Below are positions 1-11,140 of a stretch of DNA of 11,140 nt, one piece after another (the stretch's first letter is position 1; each line of letters opens with the position of its first letter). Location of the stretch: IMG/VR virus record IMGVR_UViG_2667527953_000001; one strand, given 5' to 3'. Source of the DNA: a virus (taxonomy: Monodnaviria > Loebvirae > Hofneiviricota > Faserviricetes > Tubulavirales). The notes beneath the pieces are model-generated. The model saw only the letters and a program-made list of their open reading frames with translations. It was not told the origin of the DNA and searched no databases. The translations under genes and the position numbers were made by a program.

Positions 1-102
1 AAACAAAACGTTACGGCCACACGGAAGAGGAAGCACGATTTAAAAAATAGCTAAAGGAATGTAGAGTCCCGACAGGATTAACAACATCAGCTCAGAAAAA
101 CC

Positions 103-243
103 ATGCACGACATGATTCTGGATTTACTAATGAAATACCTGATTGCCGGTAGTCTGTTCGGCATGTTTTTGTTCAGCGTCATAACAATAGTGTTGCCAAT
201 CGTCCTGAGGGCACACAATAAAATCAACAGAAGCAACGACTGA
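103..243 (+). CDS. Small hydrophobic membrane protein (46 aa), diverged paralog of the 8919..9074 product
   Basis: ATG at 103, TGA at 241-243; not in ORF track (too short). Translation MHDMILDLLMKYLIAGSLFGMFLFSVITIVLPIVLRAHNKINRSND has one predicted TM segment. Aligns with the 8919..9074 protein (shared ILDLL.K...GS..GM..FS.IT.VLP.V...HNK) although the DNA has diverged, which argues for selection on the protein. No clear Shine-Dalgarno. Confidence 0.4.
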   Translation: MHDMILDLLMKYLIAGSLFGMFLFSVITIVLPIVLRAHNKINRSND

Positions 244-252
244 ATGCACAAC

Positions 253-280
253 AGTGCGCACAATGGCGTTATGTATAAAA
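253..280 (+). promoter_or_regulatory. dif-like Xer recombination site (arm A of composite attP)
   Basis: AGTGCGCACAA-TGGCG-TTATGTATAAA resembles E. coli dif GGTGCGCATAA-TGTATA-TTATGTTAAAT (XerC arm, central region, XerD arm). Identity with copy 2 starts abruptly at 251. Confidence 0.55.
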
Positions 281-317
281 AGGCCGCTGCGGTGGAAAGT
301 ATCGCAGCGGCCTTTTC
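277..317. terminator. Bidirectional rho-independent terminator hairpin inside attP
   Basis: AAAAA-GGCCGCTGCG-(11 nt loop)-CGCAGCGGCC-TTTT: 10-bp GC-rich stem (282-291 / 303-312) flanked by an A-run and a T-run; lies between convergent pIV (minus) and the small ORF (plus). Confidence 0.7.
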
Positions 318-318
318 A

Positions 319-348
319 ACATAACGCATGTCACATTATGCGCACTGA
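319..348 (-). promoter_or_regulatory. Inverted dif-like site (arm B of composite attP)
   Basis: Minus strand reads AGTGCGCATAA-TGTGACA-TGCGTTATGT. The XerC-like arm (336-346) is complementary to 253-263 with one mismatch, and 319-326 is complementary to 267-274, so the single strand can fold into a forked hairpin. Confidence 0.5.
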
Positions 349-396
349 CGTTGTGGTAGGTAAACTGAGATGCCGCGTCCTGATAATCCCGGTCGG

Positions 397-992
<596 letters not shown>

Positions 993-999
993 GTTATAC

Positions 1000-2440
<1,441 letters not shown>

Positions 2441-2456
2441 CGGAGTGTCCTCTGTC

Positions 2457-3671
<1,215 letters not shown>

Positions 3672-3684
3672 TTACCCCGCAAAA

Positions 3685-4044
3685 TTACTTGCCAACATTA
3701 AGCCCATTTGATTTAAATAAATCATAAACCAATCGATACACTCTATCCTTATAAAGATATATGTATGAAATAAATTGAACATGGAGGATGATATTAAAGC
3801 AGTACTGAATATTTAAAGGCAGGTAACTGAATGCAACTACAATAACATCGAGTTTATTAACATCGGAGATTTGACGAATAATAAAATTGACGGCAGATAC
3901 AAGAGCATAATATGAAGTGTAGCAAAGACCAAGATAAGAAAGGAGCTTAGCCCATGCAACAGCTTTATCACCGATAACTCCTGCAATGAAACGTAGTGAT
4001 TTTAAAACAACATCAACAAAAAAAGCACCTAAAATGGCCCACAT
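3685..4044 (-). CDS. Minor coat protein pVI-like (119 aa, hydrophobic)
   Basis: Sits between pIII and pI as in Ff; ATG at 4044 overlaps the pIII TGA (TGATG), suggesting translational coupling; hydrophobic with several predicted TM segments; size close to Ff pVI (112 aa). Confidence 0.6.
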   Translation of the reverse strand: MWAILGAFFVDVVLKSLRFIAGVIGDKAVAWAKLLSYLGLCYTSYYALVSAVNFIIRQISDVNKLDVIVVAFSYLPLNIQYCFNIILHVQFISYIYLYKDRVYRLVYDLFKSNGLNVGK

Positions 4045-5408
4045 CAGAGTTTTACCTCACGTTCAAATAATGTACGGCGAGAAATAACAAAAACGCGTAA
4101 CATGGTTATCATATAAATAGCATATTCAAGAACAGAACGAACATAATCGTCATAAGCTTTTGCAAAATGGCTTGTATCAATCTTGAAATTAATAGCGCCA
4201 ATCAACGGAAGATCAAAGCTAAATTGTAAAATAAAAGGAAGAGCAGTTCCATTATTTGTATTTACCAGTTTGTCAATATTAACTGTAAGCCAATTGTTAT
4301 TATCATGACTCTCACTTCCCTGTCCTGGCAAGTAATGCGAAAGCTCCCCTAAAGGGAAATCCCCATCAGGCAAAGAAGAAGCTATATTCTGACTAATATC
4401 TTTAATACCATTGTCCAGTGAATTTAATGCATTATTCATATCAGCCTGAGAAACAGAAAAAGCATTATTTAAATCATTCACTGACACCCATATTGTTTTT
4501 AACCAGCCCAAAATACCATCAAGCCAGCCATTGTCATCGCCGGATGAGCCACCGGATCCTGAACCTGAACTACCGCTACCGGATGAACCGCCGGAGCCCG
4601 AGCCGGAGCCACCGCTACCGGATGAACCACCGGAGCCAGAACCTGAACCACCACTGCCGGATGAGCCGCCGGAACCCGAGCCGGAGCCACCGCTACCGGA
4701 TGAACCACCGGAGCCAGAACCTGAACCACCACCGGAACTGCCGCCGCCTGGGTTACCACCACCGGAACTGCCACCACCTGAGCTACCGCCATCCTCCTTA
4801 CCATCGGAGAATGCAGGATCTACAGCAACTGGTTTCCAGTCGGCAGTACAAACTGTATCATCATCGGGATTACAAATAAGAGGATTACCGGTTGCCTCAT
4901 AAATACACCCCTGCACATTAACATAACGGGTCCCGTCATCACCTTTATAAACATCAGAAAAAGTCATACCATCAAGAACCGGACGAGAAAGACAAATCTC
5001 GTCAGTTGGCGGCTTATTATATTCAGGTGTCAAATCCCCCTCACCACCCTGAAAAGCAAGGGTGCAGGCTGTCCACTTTTGCTTGTCTGAATCCCAGACT
5101 TTATATGCTGACCACCGGGCACGGACAAAAGACCCGACAGTCGAAGGTGCATTAACAGGCGTTGAAAGTGGCACACCACAATAATGAATTATTCCGGAAC
5201 ATGCGTCATAACTGCCCGAACCACAGAAAAGATGACCGGCCGCCCTGGCTAATTTAATCGACGTCCCCGCGTCCGAATAATCTGTCCTGCAGGATGAATG
5301 GCCTGCACACTGAACAAGTGCATCCGGATTTTCTTTCTCTTCAGCGAAAGAAAACGAGGAAAAGAACAAAAACAGAAGCGGAATAATAAAGTGAATCAAA
5401 CAAAACAC
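4044..5408 (-). CDS. Minor coat / adsorption protein pIII-like (454 aa)
   Basis: N-terminal signal-like hydrophobic segment, Cys-rich N-terminal domain, about 100-aa Gly/Ser linker (GGSGSGSGGSSGSGG units) and a C-terminal domain with a hydrophobic anchor, immediately after pVIII. The 5408 start is GTG with the AGGA directly adjacent; TTG three codons downstream has better spacing, so the exact start is uncertain. Confidence 0.7.
   Translation of the reverse strand: MFCLIHFIIPLLFLFFSSFSFAEEKENPDALVQCAGHSSCRTDYSDAGTSIKLARAAGHLFCGSGSYDACSGIIHYCGVPLSTPVNAPSTVGSFVRARWSAYKVWDSDKQKWTACTLAFQGGEGDLTPEYNKPPTDEICLSRPVLDGMTFSDVYKGDDGTRYVNVQGCIYEATGNPLICNPDDDTVCTADWKPVAVDPAFSDGKEDGGSSGGGSSGGGNPGGGSSGGGSGSGSGGSSGSGGSGSGSGGSSGSGGSGSGSGGSSGSGGSGSGSGGSSGSGSSGSGSGGSSGDDNGWLDGILGWLKTIWVSVNDLNNAFSVSQADMNNALNSLDNGIKDISQNIASSLPDGDFPLGELSHYLPGQGSESHDNNNWLTVNIDKLVNTNNGTALPFILQFSFDLPLIGAINFKIDTSHFAKAYDDYVRSVLEYAIYMITMLRVFVISRRTLFEREVKL
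4496..4800 (-). repeat. Internal direct repeats encoding the Gly/Ser-rich linker of pIII
   Basis: About 78-bp repeating units (for example ccgctaccggatgaaccaccggagccagaacctgaacc at 4613 and 4691); this explains the spurious Pro/Glu-rich antisense ORFs at 4418..4902. Confidence 0.8.
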
Positions 5409-5421
5409 TCCTGGTATGATT

Positions 5422-5443
5422 AAAAAAGCGCCCCGGAGGGCGC
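5422..5443 (-). terminator. Rho-independent terminator downstream of the major coat gene
   Basis: Minus strand reads GCGCCC-TCCG-GGGCGC followed by TTTTTT, 17 nt after the pVIII stop; Ff phages have an analogous terminator after gene VIII. Confidence 0.6.
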
Positions 5444-5459
5444 TGTCGTTAAATAACTA

Positions 5460-5720
<261 letters not shown>

Positions 5721-5726
5721 TTAAAA

Positions 5727-5897
5727 TTAATTAACAGCATCACTGAACATCCGGCAGACCAGAGTGAAAATAACACCAAGACCAAAGCCAAGAAGCCAGC
5801 AGACAATCCAGACATAAAGAACGGACCAGTAAAGCTCCCCGTCCTGTACGCCAGAATTCAGTGCGGATAAAACACCGCTGAAATCAAATTCAGTCAT
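5727..5897 (-). CDS. Small hydrophobic protein (56 aa), candidate minor coat protein (pIX/pVII role)
   Basis: ATG at 5897 overlaps the end of the upstream small gene (ATGACTGA); one TM segment (WSVLYVWIVCWLLGFGLGVIFTLV); position just upstream of pVIII as in Ff. The ORF-track start at 5930 is GTG. Confidence 0.45.
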   Translation of the reverse strand: MTEFDFSGVLSALNSGVQDGELYWSVLYVWIVCWLLGFGLGVIFTLVCRMFSDAVN

Positions 5898-6030
5898 AAT
5901 AACGCTGAACAGTAATGCTTTGTGAGTCACAGGCGCGAATCAGTTTTATTCCGATGCCAAAACCTGAAGAAAATAAAATCATTGCAGGCGCAGCAAATAA
6001 AACAAAGTTCAGAAAATCAGCGTCAGACAT
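5890..6030 (-). CDS. Small hydrophobic protein (46 aa), candidate minor coat protein (pVII/pIX role)
   Basis: ATG at 6030 lies 4 nt after the TGA of the 141-aa ORF, with AAGGAAAAAGG upstream; TM segment FLNFVLFAAPAMILFSSGFGIGI. A longer form from ATG 6084 would sit inside the upstream gene and is less likely. Confidence 0.45.
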   Translation of the reverse strand: MSDADFLNFVLFAAPAMILFSSGFGIGIKLIRACDSQSITVQRYYD

Positions 6031-6034
6031 ATCA

Positions 6035-6460
6035 TCAGCCTTTTTCTTTACCTGCGGGCAGTGCACCCAGCGGCTGACCGTCAAAACGTTTCATGGAGCC
6101 GGAAATAAAACGATACCAGACACCATGACGTTCTGAGCCTGTCGCCCATGAGTTAACATCCACCGTGAGATAAACAGGTTTGCCCTGCAAATCAGGACAT
6201 GAATTAAAAAATTTAAAATCCTCCTCAGTACAGGAAAAGCGCTCATGCTCCTCACGGCGGACTTTTAATTTTCGGTCCTCATACGGATAGGCAATAACAA
6301 TGGCATATTTGGGTTTAGCCTCAGGGTTATAATGAGAACCCGTGGGTTTTAACTCCTCATCATTTATGACAGTGACGTGAATAAAATATCCCGCCATTGT
6401 CATGCCTGAGGTAAAACCCTCAGGGGAAGGAAACGGAAAACTGTCGTAAATTTGATTCAT
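6035..6460 (-). CDS. 141-aa protein in the gene-V position; possible ssDNA-binding protein, function uncertain
   Basis: ATG at 6460 with GAGGAG 8 nt upstream, directly after the replication gene. Contains LQGKPVYL, reminiscent of the QGKPYSL segment of Ff gVp, but it is much longer than typical gVp (87 aa). Confidence 0.5.
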   Translation of the reverse strand: MNQIYDSFPFPSPEGFTSGMTMAGYFIHVTVINDEELKPTGSHYNPEAKPKYAIVIAYPYEDRKLKVRREEHERFSCTEEDFKFFNSCPDLQGKPVYLTVDVNSWATGSERHGVWYRFISGSMKRFDGQPLGALPAGKEKG

Positions 6461-6490
6461 AAATCAGACTCCTCAATGTTAAAAATTCAG

Positions 6491-8638
<2,148 letters not shown>

Positions 8639-8827
8639 ATGAGCAGGAAAAGTATTGGTATAAGCAACGAGAGATATCTGAGAATAGAAAGAGCAGCCGT
8701 AGATATCACAGCCAAAACAGGAAAAGTCACAAAATGGTCGGAGATCGTGAATTATCTGATAGATGAATATTTAAACGATGCAAAACAAGATATGATTTCG
8801 AAAAATGAAATTACACAAAAAAAATAG
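8639..8827 (+). CDS. Small ribbon-helix-helix-like DNA-binding regulator (62 aa), candidate phage repressor
   Basis: ATG at 8639 with AGGAG 8 nt upstream. N-terminal KSIGISNERYLRIERAAVD...KWSEIVNYLIDEYL fits a beta-strand plus two helices as in Arc/CopG/MetJ. Divergent from the replication gene, like rstR versus rstA in CTXphi. Confidence 0.65.
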   Translation: MSRKSIGISNERYLRIERAAVDITAKTGKVTKWSEIVNYLIDEYLNDAKQDMISKNEITQKK

Positions 8828-8918
8828 TAATCACAAAACGATTTGGCGATTGCTAGAAGAGCAAAAAGTACCACCCGTGGTACAAAAGTGCAGTATTACA
8901 TGATTGCTAAAAAGCAAT

Positions 8919-9074
8919 ATGCAGACAACCAGTGACTTAATTCTTGACCTGCTGATAAAGCATTTTGTTGTTGGCAGCATCACAGGCATGACAATATTCA
9001 GCCTGATAACGCTTGTCCTACCGTTGGTGATGACCATACACAACAAACTAAGTAAGGACACTGAAATCCTTTAA
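8919..9074 (+). CDS. Small hydrophobic membrane protein (51 aa) between regulator and attP
   Basis: ATG 8919 to TAA 9072-9074, not in ORF track. MQTTSDLILDLLIKHFVVGSITGMTIFSLITLVLPLVMTIHNKLSKDTEIL has one TM segment; paralog of the 103..243 product. Confidence 0.5.
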   Translation: MQTTSDLILDLLIKHFVVGSITGMTIFSLITLVLPLVMTIHNKLSKDTEIL

Positions 9075-9079
9075 GGTTC

Positions 9080-9107
9080 AGTGCGCACAATGACGTTATG
9101 TATAAAA
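9080..9107 (+). promoter_or_regulatory. dif-like site (arm A of attP, copy 2)
   Basis: AGTGCGCACAA-TGACG-TTATGTATAAA; same as 253..280 apart from one central-region difference (TGACG versus TGGCG). Confidence 0.55.
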
Positions 9108-9144
9108 AGGCCGCTGCGGTGGAGAGTATCGCAGCGGCCTTTTC
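9104..9144. terminator. Bidirectional terminator hairpin inside attP (copy 2)
   Basis: Same hairpin as 277..317 (one loop SNP, GGAGAG versus GGAAAG). Confidence 0.7.
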
Positions 9145-9145
9145 A

Positions 9146-9175
9146 ACATAACGCGTGTCACATTATGCGCACTGA
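9146..9175 (-). promoter_or_regulatory. Inverted dif-like site (arm B of attP, copy 2)
   Basis: Counterpart of 319..348 with one SNP (ACGCGTG versus ACGCATG). Confidence 0.5.
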
Positions 9176-9226
9176 CGTTGTGGTAGGTAAACTGAGATGC
9201 CGCGTCCTGATAATCCCGGTCGGCAC

Positions 9227-11140
<1,914 letters not shown>

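Noticed and set aside
87-329. Minus-strand 80-aa ORF (and its counterpart 8831..9061)
   Set aside because: Antisense to the better-conserved small membrane-protein ORFs; it runs through the dif-like site and terminator hairpin, and the two copies are less conserved in this frame.
4418-4902. Plus-strand ORFs encoding Pro/Glu-rich and His/Arg-rich repeats
   Set aside because: Antisense and frame-shifted readings of the Gly/Ser-linker repeats of pIII.

Overview
The window is dominated by a filamentous (inovirus-type) prophage encoded on the minus strand, with a second copy beginning at about 9078 and running off the right edge. Gene order in copy 1 (8590 down to 397) is: rolling-circle replication initiator (pII role), a 141-aa protein, two small membrane proteins, major coat pVIII, pIII, pVI, pI/Zot-like ATPase, a 339-bp tandem repeat array, and a secretin pIV gene that is internally deleted and carries a 3x145-bp triplication. 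Copy 2 has an intact secretin (9227..10435) followed by the same 339-bp repeats. Each copy ends at a composite site made of two inverted dif-like (XerC/D-type) sequences around a bidirectional terminator hairpin (251..348 and 9078..9175), which resembles the folded attP of CTXphi-type dif-integrating phages. Divergent from the replication gene is a small ribbon-helix-helix-like regulator (8639..8827) followed by a 51-aa membrane protein (8919..9074); a diverged paralog of that membrane protein sits at the left flank (103..243). The most unusual features are the 339-bp repeats, which carry a motif I recognise from memory as close to the ColE1/pMB1 sequence just downstream of ori, the regulator plus membrane-protein pair next to attP, and the rearranged secretin. 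All calls rest on reading the sequence and the ORF track; no database search was run. The ORF track uses GTG/TTG as well as ATG starts, so several starts were re-evaluated.
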